In this document: piece by piece, positions 28,944-37,706 of the stretch | Layout: every line of letters begins with the position of its first letter | How positions within the stretch are numbered: the stretch's first letter is position 1 | Assembly: GCA_965226055.1 (NCBI GenBank) | Contig: CBDDCA010000006.1 | Coordinates: 352,001 to 416,000 of the forward strand | DNA length: 64,000 nt | Source: Spirochaetia bacterium | Lineage (GTDB): Bacteria > Spirochaetota > Spirochaetia > WTKD01 > G963693115 | Direction: 5' to 3' | Notes under the pieces: generated by a model | Databases searched by the model: none | Seen by the model: the letters and a program-made list of their open reading frames with translations, nothing else | What the model was told of the DNA's origin: nothing | Translations under genes and position numbers: made by a program

Positions 28944-30191
28944 TTATTGTATTGCAGCAAATGTATCTGTAAGCAATACTACAAACTCATCAAGAGATAT
29001 TTCTTTTTTTGCAAACTGTTCAAAGAGAGGCCCTATATTTGCTCGAAAATCACTAGGAAGATGAAACTGATTCCATGTATATGTTTTCCCTTGTGCTTGC
29101 CACTGTAAAAGCGATGCAGAAAGTGGTGCCGATGGCTTTAATGTTATGTTCTTAAATGCAGGAATGGCTTTTATTTGATTTACTATATAATCATGCCCTT
29201 GTTCACTTTCAGCAATAAATCGTAAAAATTGCTTTGCTCCCTCTACATTTCCTTCCTTATTTACCACATACCATGAAGGAGGGTTTACAAATACCCCATC
29301 AGTATCTTCCATAGAAGAACCATGTGGAGCATATGCTCTAGGGAATGTTACATTAGCATTTGCAAGGTTAGGTTCAATCCAGTTTCCTTGATGTATAAAC
29401 ACTGCCTTTTGTGTAGCAAACGCATTTACTTGAGCATCATAGTCTCCAGTAATAAGCACTCGAGGATCAGAATAATCAAACAGTAACTGTACCCATTGTG
29501 CGTACTCTCTTAAGCGTTTCTCGTCCACTTTTCCTTCAAGAGCAAGATCTAGTATAGAACTATCGTCTCTTGCAAGCCCATTAGAAAGATATGAATTTAT
29601 ATTATGAATGGCCACCCACTGCATACCAGATCCTATACTCATAGAGACAACACTCTCTATACCTAAAGCATCTTTCATAGAATCCAATAGTTCAAATGCA
29701 TTTTTATATGCAGTATAATTAGTAAGAGTCATAGGATCAATACCTGCTTTATCAAGTAAGTTTTTGTTATATCCCATACCCCATCCCTCTACGGCAACAG
29801 GAAATCCAAAAACTTTGTTATCAGCCATAAATGCAAGATCAGTAAATGATACCCACGACTCTTGAGAAAGATCAGATATATATTCCGACCATATTTGATA
29901 ATCCTCAGGGCCTTCAATGACAAAAATATCAGGAGCTTCCCCTGCATTGATAGCAGCTCGTAGCTGAGTTGCAGGGATACAAGAATCACCGCCACATGTC
30001 TTGACAACAAGTTCAATGCCACTTTCTTCTTGAAACGCTTGCCCTAACGCTTTTAGTTCAGCATCAATTTCAACTTTATTCTGCATAATAGTGACACTAT
30101 TACTAGACGCTTCATTAGAAGCTCCTGCCCATACCATTACAGTACTGCAGAAAAAAACAATCATAAAAAATAATACTAAAAAATGTTTCAT
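28944..30191 (-). CDS. ABC transporter carbohydrate-binding protein
   Basis: Start placed at MKHFLVLFF behind GAGG. QNKVEID, GEAPDIF, GFPVAVEGWGMGYNK, FIHQGNW. Confidence 0.88.
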   Translation of the reverse strand: MKHFLVLFFMIVFFCSTVMVWAGASNEASSNSVTIMQNKVEIDAELKALGQAFQEESGIELVVKTCGGDSCIPATQLRAAINAGEAPDIFVIEGPEDYQIWSEYISDLSQESWVSFTDLAFMADNKVFGFPVAVEGWGMGYNKNLLDKAGIDPMTLTNYTAYKNAFELLDSMKDALGIESVVSMSIGSGMQWVAIHNINSYLSNGLARDDSSILDLALEGKVDEKRLREYAQWVQLLFDYSDPRVLITGDYDAQVNAFATQKAVFIHQGNWIEPNLANANVTFPRAYAPHGSSMEDTDGVFVNPPSWYVVNKEGNVEGAKQFLRFIAESEQGHDYIVNQIKAIPAFKNITLKPSAPLSASLLQWQAQGKTYTWNQFHLPSDFRANIGPLFEQFAKKEISLDEFVVLLTDTFAAIQ

Positions 30192-30241
30192 ATTTATACC
30201 TCTCAAATTAAATAATGAATGTGCCTTATATATACCTCTTT

Positions 30242-31522
30242 CTATTGTATCAAAAATTCTGGAAGCCAAAGTGTTAAAAAAGGCAGCAAACAAATTAGCA
30301 ACAACACGACAATATTTCCTATGAGTATAGGAAGTGCTCCCTTAAATATCTTGAATATGGATAAACCAGAGATTGCTGAGGCAACATTAAGACAGGTACC
30401 AACAGGAGGAGTTACTGCTCCAACCGCTAATCCTGCTATAAGTAATACCCCAAACTGTATAGGAGATATTCCTAGCTGTAAACATACTGGTAAGAATACA
30501 GGAGTAAAAATAATAATGGCAGGAGTAACATCAATAAAAGTGCCTGCCATCAAAATAATCACCATCATACAAATAAGTGTCAAAGGAGCACTCAATCCCA
30601 AACTTACAATGTAAGCTCCTAGCTTTGCAGGAATCATTTCAATAGAGAGTATCCATACATATAGTTGAGAGCTCGCAATGATAATCATAATTGAGCTACT
30701 CACTTTTATTGCTTGACTAAACAAAGCTGGTATAGCTCTAATTTTAATTGATTTGTAAATAAAATATCCAATAATAAGAGCGTACATCACCCCAAAAGAA
30801 GCAGCTTCATTTGATGTTGCTATTGCTAATATCACCGAACCAATAACAATGACAGGCATAAGCAATGCCAGCATTGACTCTCTTAAAAGATGAAAAAATT
30901 CAGCCACATTCTTAAAATGCATCTTTTCAACAGGATATTTGTTTCTATACGATAATATGAGATTCATAACAATTTGAAATAGCCCTATCAGTACACCTGG
31001 TATCAGAGCGCCTATAAACAGTTTTCCTATTGATTGACTTGAACTGATAGCATATATTACCATAGGCACACTTGGCGGAATTATCATTCCCATAGTAGAA
31101 GACGCTACTGTAATTCCAGAAGCATATGATTTTGGATACCCTCTCTCTTCCATTGCAGGAATCAAAATAGCTCCCACTGATGCCGTGTCTGAGGTAGATG
31201 ATCCAGATATCCCTCCAAAAATCATACTTGATATAATATTGATAGTACCTAATCCTCCACGTTGTCGCCATACAAAAATACCACTAAAATTTATGATTTT
31301 TTTAGTTAATCCTGCCTCATTCATTATCTGCCCCATTGCAATAAACAAAGGTAATGCAATAAGACCATAATTATTAAAGCCGTTATAAATTTTTTGTGGA
31401 ACAATAGAGATAAATTCAGGGTTAAATAAAAACAAATATACTAAAGAAGAAAGTCCTAAACATACTCCTATAGGCATGCCTATTATGAGAAAAAACAGTA
31501 AAGAAATAACCAGCACACTCAT
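30242..31522 (-). CDS. dctM: TRAP transporter large permease
   Basis: ALPLFIAMGQIM, FGGISGSSTSD, IIPPSVPM, GAVTPPVG. Confidence 0.93.
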   Translation of the reverse strand: MSVLVISLLFFLIIGMPIGVCLGLSSLVYLFLFNPEFISIVPQKIYNGFNNYGLIALPLFIAMGQIMNEAGLTKKIINFSGIFVWRQRGGLGTINIISSMIFGGISGSSTSDTASVGAILIPAMEERGYPKSYASGITVASSTMGMIIPPSVPMVIYAISSSQSIGKLFIGALIPGVLIGLFQIVMNLILSYRNKYPVEKMHFKNVAEFFHLLRESMLALLMPVIVIGSVILAIATSNEAASFGVMYALIIGYFIYKSIKIRAIPALFSQAIKVSSSIMIIIASSQLYVWILSIEMIPAKLGAYIVSLGLSAPLTLICMMVIILMAGTFIDVTPAIIIFTPVFLPVCLQLGISPIQFGVLLIAGLAVGAVTPPVGTCLNVASAISGLSIFKIFKGALPILIGNIVVLLLICLLPFLTLWLPEFLIQ

Positions 31523-31525
31523 ATA

Positions 31526-32050
31526 TTACAGTCCTGTATACTCAGCTACTTGTTCTTGCTGTAAGTAATTTTTACGAAACAGAATAAGTATAATATTTCG
31601 TATAATATAAATAATAGTGATACCAGCATACACAAAGATGGCTGATTCTTGTACCCAATAAGGAATGCCTAAAATAGTAGTTTTTGATCCTCCCGTCACT
31701 CTTATCCAATCAATAGCATAATAGATGATCATTACATGAAAAAAGATATTACAGAAATACGCAAAGATAATCACAACTTTAGACAACGAAGGCGGCAGTT
31801 TTTCTAAAAAAAACGATATTCTTATATGGCTTCTATCCCTATAAAGCAAAGATGCTCCAATAGCAGTACCATATATAAACAGCACAGTAGATACTTCTGC
31901 CCCTCCAAATAGAGAGGCACTAAATACATATCGTAACAACACCAATAAAAATACTATGATAAATATAGTAATAAAACATACTGTCATCACGAAATTAATC
32001 AGTTTTGTAAAGAGCATCTCACATTTTTTAGTAGCCTCTGTTATATTCAT
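31526..32050 (-). CDS. dctQ: TRAP transporter small permease
   Basis: VLLRYVFS, EVSTVLFIY, HIRISF; four TM segments. Confidence 0.88.
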   Translation of the reverse strand: MNITEATKKCEMLFTKLINFVMTVCFITIFIIVFLLVLLRYVFSASLFGGAEVSTVLFIYGTAIGASLLYRDRSHIRISFFLEKLPPSLSKVVIIFAYFCNIFFHVMIIYYAIDWIRVTGGSKTTILGIPYWVQESAIFVYAGITIIYIIRNIILILFRKNYLQQEQVAEYTGL

Positions 32051-32077
32051 ATCACCTATTTACTTTTCAATATCTTA

Positions 32078-33088
32078 TTAATTTTTAATGGCTTCTTGGG
32101 CTCTTTTTATGTCTTCTTGAGAAAAATATCCTTTTGCTACCAATTTATTCCATACAGGTTGTAGCATTTTTTTATACTCTTCTCTAATATCCCCTTCCAC
32201 CATATTTACATTAGCAATCTGTGCCTCCAAGTTCTCAAGAGCAACTTCTTCTCCTGCAATTCTTAATTCATCACTTTTTATCATTGTGTCTCTTGCAACC
32301 TCGTCAAATATATCTTTTAGATCCTGCGGAAGAGCATTATACCACGCTTTGTTCACCATAAATGGATCTGCACCATTGACATAATTGATAACAGTGAGAT
32401 AATCAGTAACCTCTGCTACTTTCCATGTATCTAAATCTCCATTGCTACTACATGCTCCATCAATAACACCAGAACTCAATGCTAAATATACTTCTGAGCT
32501 TGGCATTTCTTGTGGGTTTGCACCTAAGGCTTTATAGAATTCAATAATAGGAAATTGAGAGGGACTTCTAAAACTAATTCCCTTAAAATCACTAGGATTT
32601 TCTAAGGCACGCTTTGTATTTACAATATTTCTAAAACCAGAACTTCCTACTGCAGGAACATAAACAGCACCACTTTCAGATGCCTTCTTATTTACCTCTT
32701 TCATAAAATCGCTATTATTCAATTTTATAACTTCCTGTGCATCTGCAAATAAAAATGGTAAATTATATAAAAAATACTGCGGATTCAATAAATCATAATA
32801 TGCTCCTCTATATCCATGAATGATACCTGTTGAAAGTTGATCAAACTGCTCTTTTTCGTTCCCTAGCACTCCACTATGATATATTTCAACCGTAATTCTT
32901 CCGTCTGTTTTTTCTTCTAACTGTTCCTTAAAGTACATCATAGATTGAGTTCTTGGATGTGCTTCTGTCTGAGCATTTGAATACTTAAACACATAGCTAT
33001 CTTTATCATCTGATTCTGAACCACCATTTGCATATAGAGATATAGCCATTGCTATACATATCATAAAAACTAATAATACCTTTTTCAT
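32078..33088 (-). CDS. dctP: TRAP transporter substrate-binding protein
   Basis: GGAGG RBS, signal peptide, HPR, TDGRITVEIY, LPFLF, GFRN, EVYLALSSGVIDG. Confidence 0.92.
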   Translation of the reverse strand: MKKVLLVFMICIAMAISLYANGGSESDDKDSYVFKYSNAQTEAHPRTQSMMYFKEQLEEKTDGRITVEIYHSGVLGNEKEQFDQLSTGIIHGYRGAYYDLLNPQYFLYNLPFLFADAQEVIKLNNSDFMKEVNKKASESGAVYVPAVGSSGFRNIVNTKRALENPSDFKGISFRSPSQFPIIEFYKALGANPQEMPSSEVYLALSSGVIDGACSSNGDLDTWKVAEVTDYLTVINYVNGADPFMVNKAWYNALPQDLKDIFDEVARDTMIKSDELRIAGEEVALENLEAQIANVNMVEGDIREEYKKMLQPVWNKLVAKGYFSQEDIKRAQEAIKN

Positions 33089-33121
33089 ATAACCTCCTTT
33101 AGGTTTACTTGTTTATTCTTG

Positions 33122-34006
33122 TTATCTTTCACGAAATATTTTCTTAAAGACTTCTATAGATTCATTAAATCCATCAATATAGTTTCCTCCATGCGGTCTG
33201 TATACACTTTCAAAACTGATAACACCACTATAAGAATCTTTTCTTAAGGCATCTGCCAATGGCTCTAAATAGTGAGCCATATCCCCCTGCCCAAGCGGAC
33301 AACATCGTACTGTAGCCTGTGGAATATTGACTTTAACATCCTTTATATGAATATGCCCTAGAACATCCTTGATTTCCTGATATGCATCGGGAAATGGAAC
33401 ATCATTACAAAAAAGTGAGTTAGCAGGATCCCACATCACTTTGAGATTATTTGTTCCTAAATCTGTAATTAATTTTTTTGCCAAATACCCCGAAGTTACC
33501 ATAGCATTATTGCCTGTTTCAACCGCTAATGTCACCCCATGTTCCTCTGCATACCGTACAGGAACTTCCATTAATTGCAATAACTTATTCCAAGATGTAT
33601 TATTACCAGCATTCCATTCATCAGCCCCATCGTATCCATGAATAATCATTGTCTTAGCGAAACTCATAGTTCTAATTATTGGACACGAAAGAATGTCTGC
33701 AAAGTGGATCAGCTTTTTAAGATACTCCATCTGTACACGCATAAAATCAGAATCAACATCTACCGTTGCCACATTAGGTCCCTGAAACAAATGCCTCGTT
33801 AATGAACATACTTGCATATCAAAAGAATCCACCAATTTCTTTAGTGCATATATTTCCTCTTCTCTTTGATTTCCTATTTCACCATCTGGTTTGCTCCCAA
33901 TAAACTGTAGTTCAACCTGAGTGAGCTCATGTTGTTGCATTATTTCCAGAGCTTTTTTTATGTTATAATCTATTCCGTTTGTTATTACCCCTAACTTCAT
34001 TACCAC
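33122..34006 (-). CDS. Sugar phosphate isomerase/epimerase (xylose isomerase-like TIM barrel)
   Basis: LAVETG, WDPAN, HIHIKD, LGQG, ISFES metal-ligand motifs. Confidence 0.85.
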   Translation of the reverse strand: MVMKLGVITNGIDYNIKKALEIMQQHELTQVELQFIGSKPDGEIGNQREEEIYALKKLVDSFDMQVCSLTRHLFQGPNVATVDVDSDFMRVQMEYLKKLIHFADILSCPIIRTMSFAKTMIIHGYDGADEWNAGNNTSWNKLLQLMEVPVRYAEEHGVTLAVETGNNAMVTSGYLAKKLITDLGTNNLKVMWDPANSLFCNDVPFPDAYQEIKDVLGHIHIKDVKVNIPQATVRCCPLGQGDMAHYLEPLADALRKDSYSGVISFESVYRPHGGNYIDGFNESIEVFKKIFRER

Positions 34007-34881
34007 TGAACCTCAGCTTTTGTAATTTGTTCTAAAAATTTTACAATAATCCAGTTATCTCCTTGAGGAAACATAGCACGAGCTGCTTCAAATAACTGAA
34101 ATGCTGTATTAGCAGTGAATACAGGCACTTTCATTTCTCTTGCTAACTGTGTCGATATTCCTAAATCTTTATGCATTGTATCAATATGACTCCCTGAGTT
34201 TTCAAACATTCTATCATTGATAAGTTTCATACAATTTTCCAGTATAGGAGATCGTACAGCACTAGTAGTGAACACATCAAACATCACCTTACCAGATACA
34301 CCAGCTTTCGCACCTAATGCCATTGCTTCAAATATACCAGCATAGCTTACTCCAATTAACACTTGAAGAGCAGCTTTCACTGTCTGTCCTAATCCTGCTT
34401 CTTCGCCTACACAGTGAATTGTACTTGATATAGCTTCTAAGAACTCTCTATTCTCTTCTATCACTTCTGATTTTGCTGCCACCATAAGTGTCAATGTTCC
34501 GTCTCTTGCACCGTTTAAGCCTCCGCTCACAGGAGAATCAATAATCTTAATAGCTCGAGACTGCACTTTTTCTGCCACTGACATAACTACTGAGGGCTCA
34601 ATAGTTGCAGTGATAATTATAGTCTGATGCGATTGCATAACCTGTACTAGCTCATCAACTATAGCATGAACCTGTTGTTTGTTCATCACCATAATAAAAA
34701 CAGTATCACACTTTGTAGCTAGCTCTTGTACTGTTGAAGCAACAATACCTCCATATGATTGAAATTCTGCAATACGTTCAGCTGATATATCAAAACCATA
34801 TGTTTCAAAATTGGCATTACATAAATTCTTAGCAATTCCTCCCCCCATATTCCCAAGTCCAATTACACCTACCTTCTTCAT
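34000..34881 (-). CDS. Beta-hydroxyacid dehydrogenase (3-hydroxyisobutyrate/L-threonate dehydrogenase family)
   Basis: IGLGNMG, IDSPVSGG, GTLTLM, GLGQTVK, HKDL. Confidence 0.88.
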   Translation of the reverse strand: MKKVGVIGLGNMGGGIAKNLCNANFETYGFDISAERIAEFQSYGGIVASTVQELATKCDTVFIMVMNKQQVHAIVDELVQVMQSHQTIIITATIEPSVVMSVAEKVQSRAIKIIDSPVSGGLNGARDGTLTLMVAAKSEVIEENREFLEAISSTIHCVGEEAGLGQTVKAALQVLIGVSYAGIFEAMALGAKAGVSGKVMFDVFTTSAVRSPILENCMKLINDRMFENSGSHIDTMHKDLGISTQLAREMKVPVFTANTAFQLFEAARAMFPQGDNWIIVKFLEQITKAEVQW

Positions 34882-35036
34882 ATAACCATTAGCACTCCTT
34901 TTTATATATATTTACTTAATAATACAGTGAATACACAATAACATCAATGTTAATAGCACATATACAATATATGCTATAATAACCATATAATGGTTACTCA
35001 TAGATACCATACTTAATAGTACATACTAGCAATGCT

Positions 35037-35957
35037 TTGAAGAAATTAAAAAAAGAAATTATTGTTCAAGAAATATTTGCTATTCTCACCAAAAAATGCT
35101 TAGAGTCTAGTATTGGTGATACCGATAATGTGTACCTATCATTCAAGACCATTATAGAGCATCTCAATAGCAAATATAATATTGATTATCATTCTGAAGC
35201 ACATCTTTACCACCAATTAAAAAATTATGAAAAAGAGCATTCCATATATCTCTTTAGTAGAAAAGAAAATCATGGCATTATAGTATTGCTTCATCAATAC
35301 ACTACTTTTAAGAAACGCCTTTACTTAAACAAAAATATAAAAATTTTTCTTGCCAATGGATGTTTTGATATTATACAACAACTGAAAAATACACAAGATT
35401 TCCATATCTACCTTGGAACAGGCACCGAATGCTATTATGTAGCAAAACTTTTATTTGAAAAGTGGGACACAGACACCCTCCACATATATACACAAAATTT
35501 AGGCATTATACAATTATACTGTGAATCTGATTACAAACTCAATCATATTACCATACACACAAAAAACGGTACTATTGATAAAACTACTTTTACTCTCATA
35601 GACGAACAAAAAGATTATTTCTTAAGTACAAACTTTAATGCAATCATACAATCTCCAACATATATTATTGATACTGTCGGATATGTTGTATCCCATTTAG
35701 AAAGAAATATCAAAAAGAATGTCGCAAAAAAATCGAAAGGCAAAAAGATCATTCTTCTCACTTTATTTGAGTTTCTTACTCCTGATACATCAGAAAAAAA
35801 CGATTTACATGCATTTTGTAACATTGCAGAATATGACTATGCTATCACTCCACCAAAAAATATCAATCAACAAATTCACGATATTTATATTAAAAATCTT
35901 CCCCTTGAAGAATATATCAATTACTTTTCATATACAATATATAAAATAAAGAAATAA
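35037..35957 (+). CDS. Diverged DeoR/GlpR-like transcriptional regulator
   Basis: IYLGTGTECYYVA, IYTQNL, ERNIKK, KKIILL resemble the DeoR sensor domain. Divergent from the catabolic operon. Confidence 0.6.
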   Translation: MKKLKKEIIVQEIFAILTKKCLESSIGDTDNVYLSFKTIIEHLNSKYNIDYHSEAHLYHQLKNYEKEHSIYLFSRKENHGIIVLLHQYTTFKKRLYLNKNIKIFLANGCFDIIQQLKNTQDFHIYLGTGTECYYVAKLLFEKWDTDTLHIYTQNLGIIQLYCESDYKLNHITIHTKNGTIDKTTFTLIDEQKDYFLSTNFNAIIQSPTYIIDTVGYVVSHLERNIKKNVAKKSKGKKIILLTLFEFLTPDTSEKNDLHAFCNIAEYDYAITPPKNINQQIHDIYIKNLPLEEYINYFSYTIYKIKK

Positions 35958-36005
35958 TATCTCAGCATATTCTTTTTCTTCATTAAATACATACGTATAC
36001 TCTAT

Positions 36006-37040
36006 TTACTTTCCTTTATTCTGTAGTATAGGGATATTATTTTCCTTGCTTACCGAATGAGAAGAACCTCGTGATGTTGCAGAAGGTAACGATTTTTTTG
36101 CATGTGCCCCAAGTGTATGAACAAACGACTTCCCTTCCATTACTCCTGAATATCCTGTAACTGCAGACATCACAAGGCTTGTCATCTGTTGTAGAAGAGC
36201 TGAACCTGTAGATATTCCTGGCATAAACGCTTGAATAATCGTTCCTGATTGAAGTATTAAGTACAATCCTAACACTATATGGATAGTCATATATAACAGT
36301 AACGAAAAAGTGATTTCATCAGCAACGATAGATTCAGTGATAACTTTCTTAAAACTTTCAATAACAAGCCCAGTAACCAATGATATACTGAGTATCCGTA
36401 TTCCTTGAAAAAAAGTAACTGATAGAGCTTTACTTCCAAGAAACCGTGTATGATCATAAATATTAAAAGGAATCAACAATATTGCAAGTACCATAATAAA
36501 ATAAAATTCTATTTTAACAAGACATAACAAGATAACAATAACACCAATACTTATAGTAAAACAGAGTAACGCAACAACCAATAATAACAATGGCACTATT
36601 ACTGTCATTATATTCCATATACTAATATCTACTATTTCTTTAATTTCTGCAATAAAATGAACAAATACTGTTTTATAGGCAAAATCAAAAAGCTCAAAAG
36701 GATTCTGCAAATAATTAAAGTTATAAGAATGTATATTTCCACTCATTTGCTGTAATGTATCAGTAAAGATAAGTGCAAGCGAATCTAAATTTTGTGCTAT
36801 ATAAATCCAAGCTCCCAAGAAGAGTATTTTCTTTACAATGCTTGCTAGTGTCATATATTCACCGAGCATCATTTTAATGCCAATAAATATAATTTCAAAT
36901 AAAAGGCATGCCCATAATATTACATTTGCCATATTATGGGCATTTGTAAAATATGACTGCAATGTGTCTGTATAAAATTCAAGTGAATCATAGAGCTTAT
37001 CAAGCCCCAGATGCTGTATAGCAATATTTTCTTTTTCCAT
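36006..37040 (-). CDS. trbL: T4SS TrbL/VirB6
   Basis: Polytopic membrane protein with KKILFLGAWIYI, IEFY, ILLIPF...HTRFLGSKAL. Follows trbJ. Confidence 0.82.
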   Translation of the reverse strand: MEKENIAIQHLGLDKLYDSLEFYTDTLQSYFTNAHNMANVILWACLLFEIIFIGIKMMLGEYMTLASIVKKILFLGAWIYIAQNLDSLALIFTDTLQQMSGNIHSYNFNYLQNPFELFDFAYKTVFVHFIAEIKEIVDISIWNIMTVIVPLLLLVVALLCFTISIGVIVILLCLVKIEFYFIMVLAILLIPFNIYDHTRFLGSKALSVTFFQGIRILSISLVTGLVIESFKKVITESIVADEITFSLLLYMTIHIVLGLYLILQSGTIIQAFMPGISTGSALLQQMTSLVMSAVTGYSGVMEGKSFVHTLGAHAKKSLPSATSRGSSHSVSKENNIPILQNKGK

Positions 37041-37046
37041 ATGTAT

Positions 37047-37688
37047 TTATTGAATTCCCCAAAAAGCCTCTGCTTTCTCTTTTGTAAGCACTCGTTCTGC
37101 TTCACGCAACTGTGCCTCAAGTGCTTCACCTTTTTGTAACACTCTTGTTTCATATACCATTTGAGATAACTGCTTATTTGCCTCTAATAAACTGACATTT
37201 AATAATTGAATCTGTTCCATCACAGAATCTTCTGCTTCTACTTTTTCTTGTATCCATGTATACATGTCATGCTGCTGTACTATTGGCTGGGTGATATTCT
37301 CTGCTATTTTCGCGATTTGTAAATCGTGTATTACAGTACGCATATTTTCCAAGCTCTTCTGTTTTAAGGAAGAAGAAATATCACTTTGTATAATAGCAAT
37401 ATTATCTTGTAAAAATGAATCTAACTCAAGCATTTTTACAACTTCTTTTACTATAGTATCTTTCAGTGAATGCATACTTTCGTCTATTGTATCTTTTAGA
37501 ATACCAGTATCAAATTGCTTATATGTGTTTATAAGAAATTCAAACTCCTTATTGAGATTCTCTATCTGTAACACTTGATTATTTATCATAGTAATGAGAT
37601 ATGCAATCTCATTACCAATACTTTGTGACCAAGCCCCATATGTACTGGTACAAAATAACAATATGCTTACTATATACTTGTATTTCAT
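37047..37688 (-). CDS. trbJ: T4SS TrbJ/VirB5-like
   Basis: Signal peptide, helical INNQVLQIEN and MEQIQLLN; lies between trbE and trbL. Confidence 0.6.
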   Translation of the reverse strand: MKYKYIVSILLFCTSTYGAWSQSIGNEIAYLITMINNQVLQIENLNKEFEFLINTYKQFDTGILKDTIDESMHSLKDTIVKEVVKMLELDSFLQDNIAIIQSDISSSLKQKSLENMRTVIHDLQIAKIAENITQPIVQQHDMYTWIQEKVEAEDSVMEQIQLLNVSLLEANKQLSQMVYETRVLQKGEALEAQLREAERVLTKEKAEAFWGIQ

Positions 37689-37706
37689 ATACTATCCTTA
37701 TAATTA

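Noticed and set aside
30192-30293. N-terminal extension of the ABC binding-protein ORF
   Set aside because: It overlaps dctM; the RBS and signal peptide point to a start at 30191.
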